From: Zootoca vivipara
Lineage: Eukaryota
Length of the DNA stretch: 64,000 nucleotides
Assembly (NCBI RefSeq): GCF_963506605.1
Contig: NC_083279.1
Coordinates: 50,530,001 to 50,594,000 of the forward strand
Reading direction: 5' to 3'
Shown: one piece after another, positions 39,101-50,290 of the stretch
Layout of the letters: each line of letters opens with the position of its first letter
How positions within the stretch are numbered: the first letter of the stretch is position 1
Notes under the pieces: generated by a model
What the model was told of the DNA's origin: nothing
The model's input: the letters and a program-made list of their open reading frames with translations, nothing else
The model's database searches: none
Made by a program: the position numbers and the translations under genes

Positions 39101-40024
39101 ATTTCCTGAACACAGAGAGAATGAAATGCATAGAAAGTGCTCAGATATTGCTCCTAGACACACGGTGTTATACAGGGGCTTTGTAGTTTGATGCATGCAC
39201 TATGCCATGATGTGTGGCATAGAACCCCCCTGATTTCAGACAAGGAAGTATGTTTTCAGGATTGTGCTATAATTTTTGTCCGAGAGACTTTTCCTCTGCG
39301 TAAGCCTCATGCATAGGATCAAAGTGTTAGAAGCACTGTGCTCCATCTCCAGATACATTTTCCAATAATTTTGTCTCCAGTAGCACAGTCTTGAAATCTC
39401 ATACAGTTGCCCCTACTGAAGCAGGCATGACTGCTTACAAATAGCGGTTTTAAAACTGCACATTGAAAATTCAATCTATGTGCTACAAGTCACAGGTATC
39501 ATTGGTATTTGCCAGTGCAGTCCTGTAACCACCACTAAATTAGGAACCACATTTTCTAGAGAAGGCAGACTGAATTTACTATTAGCCAATTTTGTCTTCC
39601 CACTGACCCTCCCGCCAAACTGGAACCAGACAAGAATCACTTAAAGGCACTTTGTCAGACTTGTTGCCACAAATCTACCTACTTTGATGATGTGTTTTAC
39701 CCTTAGGTGAGGAACAAAATCTATCCGGTTAATATTCAGATCTGTCGGAGCAGAAATACCATAAAACTGTCCTCATTTTAATGGCTCCAGGTACATTATA
39801 GAAACTAAATGACTGTAAATTACCTCTTTGAGTCATTTATGTTCCAAACTGGGCCACGCAGACAGCAAACATCTATTTGATTGCTCTCAGCAGTGCTTTA
39901 GAATTACAGATTAATTTTAAAACGTTCTCAGTTTGTTAGTCTGTTTTTTCTAAATTATCTTGCCCTGAATGAATGGGATTACCCTTTGTATTAAAAAAAA
40001 AGTTTGATTGTAAGTACAGAATGA

Positions 40025-41642
40025 TCTTTGGCGATCACTTGTAGCTGAGTAAGATTGTCTTACAGGCCAATTCTGGATCCACACATCCTTCCGCAGTGGG
40101 GACATTGGTTTCCAGGCGGGAGTTGATCACAGTGTGGATTTGCCAAGTGTGCCTTCCTCCTAGCACGTTTCTCCCTTGCGTCCTGAGTTCGAGTGTCTTC
40201 AAAGCCCAAGACACCTTTGGTAAAGGCTGTTCTCCAACTGGAGCACTTGCAGGCCAGTGTTTCCCAGTTGTCAGTGTTTATACTACATTTTTTAAGATTT
40301 GCCTTGAGACAGTCTTTAAACCTCTTTTGTTGACCACCAGCATTACGCTTTCCATTTTTAAGTTCGGAATAGAGTAGTTGTTTTGGAAGACAATCATCAG
40401 GCATCCGCACAACATGACCAGTCCAATAAATTTGATGTTGAAGAATCTTTGCTTCAACACTGGTGATCTGTGCTTCTTTCAGTACACTGATATTAGCTCT
40501 CCTGACTTCACAAGTGATGTGTAAAATTTTTCGGGGAAACCGTTGATTGAATCTTTTGAGGAGTTGGAGATGGCGTTTATTGTTTCACAAGCATATAGTA
40601 ATGTTGGTAGTACAGTAGCTATGTAAACAAGAATTTTGGTTTCCCTGTGAATGTCCCAGTCCTCAAACACTCTGCACTTCAATTGGGAGAAAGCCACACT
40701 CGCAGAGCTCAGGCAATGCTGGATTTTGGCATCAATGTTGGCCCTTGTGGAAAGATAACTGCGTAGGTAGGAGAAGTTTTCCAACGTTACACCATTGAGT
40801 TGGATTTGTGGTGCTGCAGAGGGGTTATTTTGTACTTGTTGGTGCAGCACTTTGGTTTTTTGGGTGTTGAGTGATAGGCCAAGTTTTTCGTAAGCTTCTG
40901 CAAAGATATTTAGGATGGTTTGGAGGTCATCCTCTGAACGTGCACACATTACTTCAGCATACTGAAGCTCTATGATGGAAGTTACGGTAACCTTACTCTT
41001 TGCTTTCAGCCTGCTCAGATTGAAGAGCTTTCCATCTGTTCGATATATGATTTCTACTCTGGTGGGGAGTTTTCCTTTGACAAAGTGTAGGATCATGGCA
41101 CTGAAAATAATGAATAGAGTTGGGGTAATAACACAACCCTGTTTAACACCTGATCCCACTGTGAATGGCTCACTTTGAGAACCATTGTTATCTGTGATTG
41201 TTGCTGTCATATTATCATGGAGGAGCCGAATGATGTTTACAAATTTATCTGGGCAGCCAATTTTCAGAAGGACAGTCCACAGGGCATTATGATTTACAGT
41301 GTTGAAAGCCTTAGTCAGGCCTCAGTCAGGTTTTACTCTCTGCATTTTTCTTGAAGCTGTTGAGCGGTGAAAATCATGTCCACTGTCCCGCTAGAAGGCT
41401 GAAAACCATTTTGGAATTCAGGAAGGGTCACCTCGGATATTGTTAAGGGACAGTTTGCTAAGATCCTTGCAAGAATTTTGGCATCTCTAAAGTCTGCTAG
41501 GATTTCTTCTCTTTCCCAGATTTTTTTGATGAGCTTGTGAAGTTGTTGTGTAAGTTCAATTCCGCCCACTTTGAAGATTTCAGCAGGTATCCCATCAGGT
41601 CCACTGGCTTTGTTGTTTTTCATTTGGTTAATAGCTGTGCAC
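40025..41642 (-). mobile_element. RTE-clade LINE (non-BovB): RT domain and C-terminal zinc finger, decayed
   Basis: ORFs encode NKASGPDGIPAEIFK, EFQNGFQPSSGTVDMIF, SGVKQGCVITPTLF, ELQYAE, RMPDDCLPKQLLYSEL and CPHCGRMCGSRIGL; several frameshifts and deletions. Confidence 0.93.
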
Positions 41643-41649
41643 AACTCTC

Positions 41650-41790
41650 CTTCATGGAGGCATCCTCGGTCAAACCACTGGCTCCTCTTAGAATATGTTA
41701 TTGTCTGTGCTAAAGATCACCATGATGTGCTCTTTACCAGAGCTATGACGAGCGCCGACGACTGCTGGACAGATCACTGACTAATACGCC
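41650..41790 (+). mobile_element. Inverted RTE endonuclease-domain segment abutting the minus-strand RTE
   Basis: SWRHPRSNHWLLLEYVIV...DVLFTRAMTSADDCWTDH matches the C-terminal motifs of the APE endonuclease of RTE elements. Confidence 0.85.
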
Positions 41791-43019
41791 CCATAGAATG
41801 ATAAATCAAAGGTGACAAAAATGATCTAGGCACTATATGCCTTTTAGAAGACTTTCCCTGCTTGCAAGTTGTACCCTTAGATTTCTAAAATGGGTACAAA
41901 TGCATAGGTAGTGGGAGAAGGAAAGACAAATGCAAAAATGTTGGTGAAATAATCTTTTAGGATACATAGCACCATGCTGGTCTACATTCTCCAGCCTCAG
42001 CTGCAGAGTCAATGCAAGCATATAGATATGCTTGGTCTTCAAAGTACTTAACATTTCAAAAGCAAGCTTGTAGCAATTAGTGCTTGTTGTGTGATGGAGT
42101 CTGCTGTGTTGACTGAGACAATTAAGAGATCAATTAGTGCAGTACAGAGTGCTTAGAGAGGTAGTCTTGGGTGACATCGGTCAGGTGAGCAGTCCATATA
42201 CAATAGAGTACTGGGACAGCTAAAGTGCATTTAATGGCTGTGAATTTAAAGGGGGTACTAAAACACTTATCTCACTTTCCGAATCTAAAAGCAAAATCAC
42301 ATTTGCTGCATTATTTCCTTTAGAAGCCTTTTTACGTCATTGAAACACTAAGTGTAGATTACTTTTGTCTCTGTGCCGTGTGGCAAGCTCACTTTGCTGC
42401 AAATTTAATATACTCATTTGAAAAAATAGTTCTTTATTCTCATGTAGAAAAGCACAGCATAAACCATCACATGTAAGGAAGGTCCATTGCAAAGTCTGTT
42501 TAGCAGGAGTTTAAGATGATGTTCTTAAATTAGGTGCCTTTTCTGAAAATTGCTCTCAGAAGTCAGATTAAGGAGAGGCCCTCCGTTTCTTTGTGTGCTG
42601 CTTTTACTAGTTCCCTTGGTGTCTACAGGTTGCTCATTTATCTTCTTTTTGTTGTTGTTGTTGTAATACCCAACACTGATTGTCAGAACATTTCTAGAAT
42701 TATTTCTATTATCATTATTACAGTATTTGCATAGAATGCACTTTCTGGAGTAGTGGAAACAAAAATGTGATTTCCCCAAGCAGCTTCCAATTCAATGTGG
42801 AGAGCAGAGTGGGTTGAGGCAGGAGGAGGAAGCAAGACAGAGGCAACTGTTGCCAACCATAGAGCCACAGGTCATACTTTTTAAAATTCCATATGCAAAG
42901 TGGCTCCACTATTGCAGGCACATGGGAGTAAGTAACCTGGGGCATCTCCCTGCTGGTGTCGAATCCCTTGGGAAGCCCCATCCATTCTACTACTTGCATC
43001 CTTTTTGAAAAAGAGAAAT

Positions 43020-43283
43020 TGTGTGAGCAGTCCCTGTGAAGGATTTGTCTGGTGCCTTCATTATACATCTTTAGGCGCCAGGCGAAAATGTTCCTCTTCA
43101 ACCATGCCTTTGGCTGATTAATATTCTACAGCCTTTTAAATGTGGTTGTGGGAGGGGGGGCTATTGTTCTTTCTTTTCTTTTTGTTTTAACTATTTATTT
43201 TGTGCTTTTATCCTGTATTTTCGTCTTGTGAACTGCCCTGAGATCTTTGGGTGAAGGGTGGTACTGTATATAAATTTAATAAA
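43020..43283 (+). mobile_element. L2-type 3' UTR and tail
   Basis: 'tttaggcgccaggcgaaaatgttcctcttcaaccatgccttt...gtgaactgccctgagatc...gaagggtggta...ataaatttaataaa'. Confidence 0.6.
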
Positions 43284-43353
43284 GGATGGTGATAATAATT
43301 TTGACACGTGCATGAATCAAGGCAGAGAAATGGAAGGCAGTGGGGTGGGATAT

Positions 43354-43715
43354 AAAAGGTGAAAGGACCCTGGACGGTTAAGTCCAGTCAAAGGCAACTA
43401 TGGGGTTGCGGCGCTCATCTTGCTTTCAGGCTGCAGGAGCCAGTGTTTGTCCACAGACAGCTTTCTGGGTCATGTGGCCAGCATGACTCAACTGCTTCTG
43501 GCACAATGGGACACCGTGACGGAAAACAGAGCGCGTGGATATGTCGTTTACCCTCCCACTGCAGCAGTACCTATTTATCTACTTGCACTGGTGTGCTTTC
43601 GAACTGCTAGGTTGCCAGGAGCTGGGACAGAGCAACATGGATTTGAACTGCCGACCTTCCAACCAGCAAGCCCAAGAGGCTCAAGTAGTTTAGACCACAG
43701 CACCACCTGTGTCCC
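43354..43715 (-). mobile_element. Sauria SINE, older subfamily with an extra internal segment
   Basis: Antisense head and tail; shared core 'gggtcatgtggccagcatgact' and 'cctatttatctacttgcact'; approximate TSD GG(G/A)GTGGGATAT. Confidence 0.9.
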
Positions 43716-43751
43716 TATAGGAGTGGGATATGCATAAATGTGATTAGACAT

Positions 43752-43982
43752 TGTTGCTGTTTGGTCAATTAGTCGTGTCCGACTCTTCGTGACCCCATGG
43801 ACCAGAGCACGCCAGGCACTCCTGTCTTCCACTGCCTCCCACAGCTTGGTCAAACTCATGTTAGTAGCTTTGAGAACACTGTCCAACCATCTCGTCCTCA
43901 GTCGTCCCCTGCTCTTTGTGCCCTCAATCTTTCCCAACATCAGGGTCTTTCCCAGGGAGTCTTCTCTTCTCATGAGGTGGCC
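43752..43982 (-). mobile_element. BovB 3' fragment
   Basis: GHLMRREDSLGKTLMLGKIEG...RTRL; TSD ATTAGACAT at 43743-43751 and 43983-43991. Confidence 0.95.
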
Positions 43983-44317
43983 ATTAGACATTAGACATAC
44001 GGTCAAACTAGGGATGACACAGGAGATCTCTGAACGGAATCTCCGTTTAAAAATGAAAGCAGCTTGATTGCAATCAGGAATGCTGGAGCAGGGACAGAAA
44101 TTCCCAGTGGTGTAGTCAGATCAGTTTAGACTGTGGGCTTCATGGTCCTATCCAGGGCGGAGGTGTCTTCAGATAGCAATGTTTATTACCATACTTTGCT
44201 TCTTTCAAAATTGGGTAAACTGTGGGGTAAGCTGTGTTTGGGGGCTCTCCTAGTCACAGTGGTTAATGGGACCCTGAACCTAGCTCAGACTGGCTGGGTG
44301 GAAAGGAGCCAGTTCTG

Positions 44318-44659
44318 TAATAATAACAACAACAACAACAACAACAACAACATTTGTACCCCGCCCATCCGGCTGGGCTTCCCCAGCCATTCTGGGCGGC
44401 TTCCAACACAGATTAAAATACATTAAAATATCACACATTAAAAACTTCCCTAAACAGGGCTGCCTTCAGATGTTTTCTAAATGTCAGGTAGTTGTTTATC
44501 TCTTTCTCATCTGGTGGGAGGTCGTTCCGCAGGGCGGGCAACACTACCGAGAAGGCCCTCTGCCTGGTTCCCTGTAGCTTTGCTTCTCGCTGTGAGGGGA
44601 CCGCCAGAAGGCCCTCGGCGCTGGACCTCAGTGTCCAGGCAGAACGATGGGGGAGGAGG
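44318..44659 (-). mobile_element. L2 LINE 3' end with (TTG)n(TTA)n tail
   Basis: ORF 44431..44700 contains [40 protein letters not shown]...FRKHLKAALF; terminal stem 'ccgccc...gggcgg'; tail at 44318-44351. Confidence 0.9.
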
Positions 44660-44968
44660 CTGCTGGGGTGGCTGAGTGAGAAGGGTAAGACCGCCTGCAT
44701 GGTCCGTCATCACATTTTGGGTTCCATCTGCAGTGACAACGCTAATACCTTTGCTATGGCTGGGTACAAAATTGATATTGTGCATAGAATCTGTGATCAG
44801 CAGCTGTATCTCCTGTGCTCCAGAAGTGGAGAGTTGATACTGCTGCAACTGAAGAATGTTTCTGCTGCTGCTGTGGGGAGCACTGCTTGCTTCCTGTAGC
44901 GGTTTTTCTTGGATGTGAATCTTCAGATGTGACTTCGAATTGTCCAAGTGTGCAAACTTTGAACTGCA
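44660..44968 (-). pseudogene. ZBTB24: ZBTB24 fragment (broken last C2H2 finger plus C-terminal region), probable retro- or captured copy
   Basis: [18 protein letters not shown]...[68 protein letters not shown] closely matches my recollection of the ZBTB24 C-terminus (FARLDNLKAHLKIH...[32 protein letters not shown]...LTLLTQ). The first Cys of the finger is missing and the conserved Leu is Ser; no other ZBTB24 exons seen. Confidence 0.85.
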
Positions 44969-45889
44969 TGATGTAACCGCATGATTGCAGTGCACATTTC
45001 CTGGGAAGAGGTTAGGAAGCAGGACAGGTGCTTTTACCAAACAGTCAATAAACACATCCTGGGGTAAGGACATCCAAATGATCATTTGAAATCTTGATTT
45101 AAAAAATGATTTCAGGTTTGTGCCAATAGGTGGCAGAGCAATCTGTTACTTTTCCAGCTTTAAGGCTCTACGCTTCCGTGCTGCATAGACAGAAATAGCA
45201 AGCAGAACAAACTAATGGTGGTGATAATGTTCAAGATGTAGATTTACCAGACCTGGAATTGTTTTTCCTTCTAACTGAGCATTTTAAAAAAGTTGCAAAA
45301 TAGTCACTGGATTGAAATGGATGAACATGAACCTGGGATAATGTCCCATGGGTGAATATGCTGGTACAGAGCATAGCTGCTTGACCATTAATTATAAACT
45401 GTCTCTTTTTAAAGATTTTGTTCATAAAAGCTTATTAAACTCATGAGTCTGTTATTTGCTCTCAGTTCACACTGCCAAGTGAAACAAACCCTACATATAA
45501 TTACATTTCTATCCAATTCTTGTTGCGGTTGCTGGTGGAGACAGTGATCGTAGCAGTAGAGCAGCCGATTGCATCTAGTGCCATGTGCATTCCACTTCTA
45601 CACAGTATTAGAGAACAGGCCTCTGCCCCAAGGAGGTTACAGAATTTGGCGCAAATAAGAATACAGAGGAAAGGAGCGGAACTGGAGACTTGGGAAAATA
45701 TAGAAGGAATATTCATTTATACATACAGTACACCACTACAGTCTATATGCTCCATGGCAACATAATAATATATTAAAATACAAACTATAATAACAACTGC
45801 TTAAAAAGTTACAGAATATAGCTTTTAAAACATAAAAAATGAACACCTGTGGCAGAGACCTCATGCTCTGGTTTATATACACTTATATA

Positions 45890-46249
45890 ACCCAGGTGGC
45901 GCTGTGGGTTAAACCACAGAGTCTAGGGCTTGCTGATCAGAAGGTCGGCAGTTTGAATCCCTGCAATGCGGTGAGCTCCCGTTGCTCGGTCCCAGCTCCT
46001 GCCCACCTAGCAGTTCGAAAGCACATCAAAAAGTGCAAGTAGATAAATAGGGACCGCTCCGGCGGGAAGGTAAACGGCGTTTCCGTGCGCTGCTCTGGTT
46101 TGCCAGAAGCAGCTTTGTCATGCTGGCCACATGACCCGGAAGCTGTCTGCGGACAAACGCCGGCTCCCTCAGCCTATAGAGCGAGATGAGCGCCGCAACC
46201 CCAGAGTCGGACACGACTGGACCTGATGGTCAGGGGCCCCTTTACCTTT
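45890..46249 (+). mobile_element. Sauria SINE, near full length
   Basis: 'acccaggtggcgctgtgggttaaacc...gtttgaatccc...agagtcggacacgactggacc...ctttaccttt'. Confidence 0.95.
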
Positions 46250-46954
46250 TTATTGGGAGTGAGCCATATTAAACACAGTGGAACTCACTTCTGAAGAATC
46301 ATGCCTAAGATTGCTCCACTAGCCTGATTTATAGTGTGATATGCCCATCTGCTGGCATCACTTGGTTCAAGAGCAGTGTGGGGACTTAGGAGAGGTGGGG
46401 ATTTTTACTTCTGTCATCCAAGGTATCAGTTTTTCCCAGCCCTAGGCAAAAATAAAGAGGGGTGTGGGTAAGGGCTCCCGTGCATAAAGCAGGGCTTCTG
46501 ATTTCTTCTTTAGCAGCAGCTTCTCAACCATGCTGCAAACCACTTTTGTAATGCCCTCGAGTTTCTAATCCTGTGATTGAAATGGAAATTTACAGAAAAA
46601 ACTTGGCAAGTTCCAGCCACAGTTAAACACTTTTCAGTCCCATTGATTTGAATGGGACAATTAAACACTTCTGAAAATCTCAGCCATCAAAGTTGACACA
46701 TTAATTTGGCTAGATGGCAAACCATTGTTTTTTTATATTCCTTAAGAGAATGTAAGCACACTAGTGCTTTTCTGCATGCTCAATGGACACACGCACAGTA
46801 TTTTCACTGGTCATTCTGATGTAGCACTTCTCCTGTTTTAGTGAGGCTCATCCATTGCACTCTGGGCATGCAAGGAGTCCGAAATGCATCGTTTTTCATA
46901 TCTGCAATGCACTCACATGCATACAGTTGAATGTGGATAAGTACTTCTTCATAT

Positions 46955-47015
46955 AAGGTCAAAGGTAAGGTAATTGACCCCTGGATGGTTGAATCCAGTC
47001 AAAGGCAACTATGGG
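46955..47015 (-). mobile_element. Sauria SINE 3' fragment (same subfamily as 43354)
   Basis: 'aaggtcaaaggtaagg...gacccctggatggttgaatccagtcaaaggcaactatggg'. Confidence 0.7.
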
Positions 47016-47068
47016 TGGGATCAGATAATGTGGAGAGTTACTGGCTTATGCACATATACCTGCATGTA

Positions 47069-47310
47069 CAGTGAGGGGGGAAAGTATTTGATCCCCTGCT
47101 AAATTTGCCCGTTTGCCCTCTGACGAAGAAATTACCAGTCCAAAATTTTAATGGTAGGTTTATTGTAGCTGTGAGAGAGACAGAATAACAACAGGAAAAA
47201 CCCCAGAAACCCAGAAGACAAAAGTCAGAGATTGATGTGCATTATAATGAGTGAGTCAGAGGGCAAACGGGCAAATTTATCAGGGGATCAAATACTTTCC
47301 CCCCTCACTG
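47069..47310. mobile_element. Tc1-like non-autonomous deletion derivative
   Basis: 56-bp TIRs CAGTGAGGGGGGAAAGTATTTGATCCCCTG(C/A)TAAATTTGCCCGTTTGCCCTCTGAC with 1 mismatch; TA on both sides. Confidence 0.93.
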
Positions 47311-47533
47311 TATCTACGCATGTTGCAGGCATGTGCCAAGGTGGGAGCATAATCTGCCACATACCTCCCCTGCACACATTTTTTTCAGTACATAGGATAG
47401 CTTGAACATGGAACACGCAAAGGTTAAGAACCACTTGTTTTCATTTTAAACAATCTCAGCACATATGGTTATGAGTGTTTTGAGCACTATAACTTCTGTA
47501 TTAAGGTATATCATTCCACGTGGGTTGTGGTGG

Positions 47534-47536
<3 letters not shown>

Positions 47537-47575
<39 letters not shown>
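47537..47575. repeat. (TG)n microsatellite
   Basis: Direct reading. Confidence 0.97.
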
Positions 47576-47578
<3 letters not shown>

Positions 47579-50290
47579 CGCAAAAAACAAAACCCCCAAA
47601 GAGGTCAACATGGCTGAGACAAGATTTGATCTCCCTCAAATTGTAATGAAAGGTGGTTCCTGGATATAGCTGGACTCGACACCCACCAGCGACCCACAAA
47701 GTTGCTCTGATTAGAATCCGGACCAGAAGCTTCCAGCTAACGCTTTTTAGAACGCTGAAATATAACCTGTTCTTATGTGTGTGTTTCTCACCAGTGTTGT
47801 CTGGAAAAAGAAATATCACTTAATCTTATGTAATTCAAAACATGTCTCATCAAGCAGGTATACACACCAGTGAGAGTTCAACTGTGGTTTACCTGTTGTG
47901 GGGGAGGACAGGTTCATTCTCTCTGCCTGTCTGAATCATAGGCCCTAATGAAAGATGCGTCTCGTTATGGTATCTAAGCATTAATTCTATCGTAGACATG
48001 CCAGAGTGCTTGAAAGCGCAGCTTAATACAGCAACAAGCCAAGGATCTGTCTTGATGTTTTCAGGCAAAGGATCAGCCAAAAAACCTGAACCTGCTGAAT
48101 ACACAACTGCAGTTTGGGGTGGGGGATGTGAAAATATATAATGTTTCGTACTTAAGGTCACTGTGACCACCAGGAAATAATACCAGACAATTCAGACTGC
48201 CACAGCTCTACCCTGACACCCCCTCACTTATGGGCAAGTAGCCAAGACCATGAGAGGTTTTGAGATAAAGCCAGACTAAACGCTTCATTAGCTTGCCCAC
48301 CTTTACTCAGGAAATAGCTTTTTTAAACATTAGCATTTGGCACTATGAACTCTCATAAATTACATTTGTACTACTTTTTTTTATATAAAAAAATATGCTT
48401 GATTATTTCATACGCTCTGGCATTTATAATGTACCATGCCCTTTGTGGACTTTTCATTTTAGGGTTTATTTCTGTCCTCATTTAATTTAAAAAGCTGAAC
48501 TCTCTTCAATAAATATTTACCACCTTTTAAAGAAAAGGTTTCCTAAATGGAGAAATATGAGTAAGAGTGGAAGATAAACAGATTGAATGTGAGCAACTGT
48601 TCTGCCTCCAACAATTGCTAAATGAAAACAGATATTTTATGTGAAGTCGCTGAACTTAACCATGATTCAGAGGATCTTTTTAGATGAGCTGCCCTCTTTA
48701 GGTGGTTTTTCCCTTGTGAAAAAAAGGAGAAAAGACAAACATAACACTGCAAGCATTAAGTGACTGAGCAGGAAATAGATTTGGGAAACTCAGCTTTCAG
48801 AAACATCTGTTGCAGGGAAAAATGACTTGTGGGAAGTGGAAGTACACAATTTTGTATCTCAAAATCTTTGAACACTCAGCCCCAGAGTACACAATTAATA
48901 AATTGGAGACCAAAAATAACTGACAATCACAAAATTGACCGCAACATTGCATAGGCAAATTTCAGAAATCCACTATAATGTGAATATAGTGGTACAAATC
49001 TACATTGAAAGTCTTGCCTTCTTTCATTCTATATGCAGCCTTTAGCTACCTTACTGAAAGTTGTGATGGTTTGAGCTATTGGCTAGAACTGCAGAGTTCC
49101 TGGTTTTGAGCACATCTCCAATCCAAAAGCATGGAGTTGCTATCACACTTTTGAGCACCTTGAGCAAAAAGAACATTTTACTCCCCACCATCCTTTCCAA
49201 ACCTGCTTTTCTTTTATAAAGGTGACTGTTGTAGTACTGCTGTCCAGATATAATATGAAGTTCTGCTCAGAAAAGTAGCAGGAGAGTAAAACCAATCCAA
49301 AAGTGGCTGGAATTTTTTGCTAAAAAATTTAACTAAAAAATTCCTTACTCTGATTGACAACTGAGTGGCACTAATATAATGGGTTACTACAGAGTACTTT
49401 AAAGAACAATGTGGAAATAACTGTGGAACAGTTCACACCAAGAGTAAGTGTGAAGACAAGGACTTATCCTTCTAATTAGAAATAAAAACCCCAAACACAC
49501 TGGAACACCCATGTGAAACCTTGATAGGATCACGACAAATTACTTCTAATAAAGCCTTGACACTTTGTGCCATTCTAGTGTCAGCTTTCTGATAATCAAT
49601 ACTGCTGGTCTTTTATTCCATAATGTTCATCGTTAAAAATAAACAAATAGGGACTACAAAAAATCCAATTAGAGTGGTATTCACATAATTTGCAGATTAG
49701 CATTTTTGAAATGCCCATCCTCTGAGTGGAGACTGGGCCATAGAGTTTTCCAATTATACAAAGCAATTAGGGAAGATCATCAAGACATTTCTCAGGTCTC
49801 ATTAGTAAAAGTGTTGGTTGTTACAGACATCTTCCTAGATCACAATAGTGTCTGGGCCCGATGCCTCCCACACACTCTTTTGGGAGGGTTAGACAATGAC
49901 TCATTTCTGGTAAAACAACTATCGTTCCTTTTACTGCTTATTACTATAATATTCTTAATGTAAGGGAGTGGGGGTAAAATCCCTGATGGGTCATACTATA
50001 AAACATACTTGTAAATACCAAAGTCTCTGTATCTATAAATTGGGCTGCAACCTATAAAGACATTCACCACCAACCTGGGTTAACGTTTTGTACCAGACTG
50101 AACTGTTTTCCAAAAATAAACCACCCCTTATGCCCTCTCTGTGTCATCTATACAAAGAGAATATATTGTCTCCTTTTATTTATTTTATGTAATGAAATGA
50201 ACATTCCTTTAAACATTGTAGAAGAGTGGTGAGCTGAAGAATGTTTATATATATACCCAGGATATTGACTTTTTAATATCAGGACATGGT

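Noticed and set aside
44507-45085. The real ZBTB24 locus
   Set aside because: The finger is broken, the C-terminus is replaced by L2, and no BTB or upstream zinc-finger exons were seen in the 19 kb upstream on the minus strand
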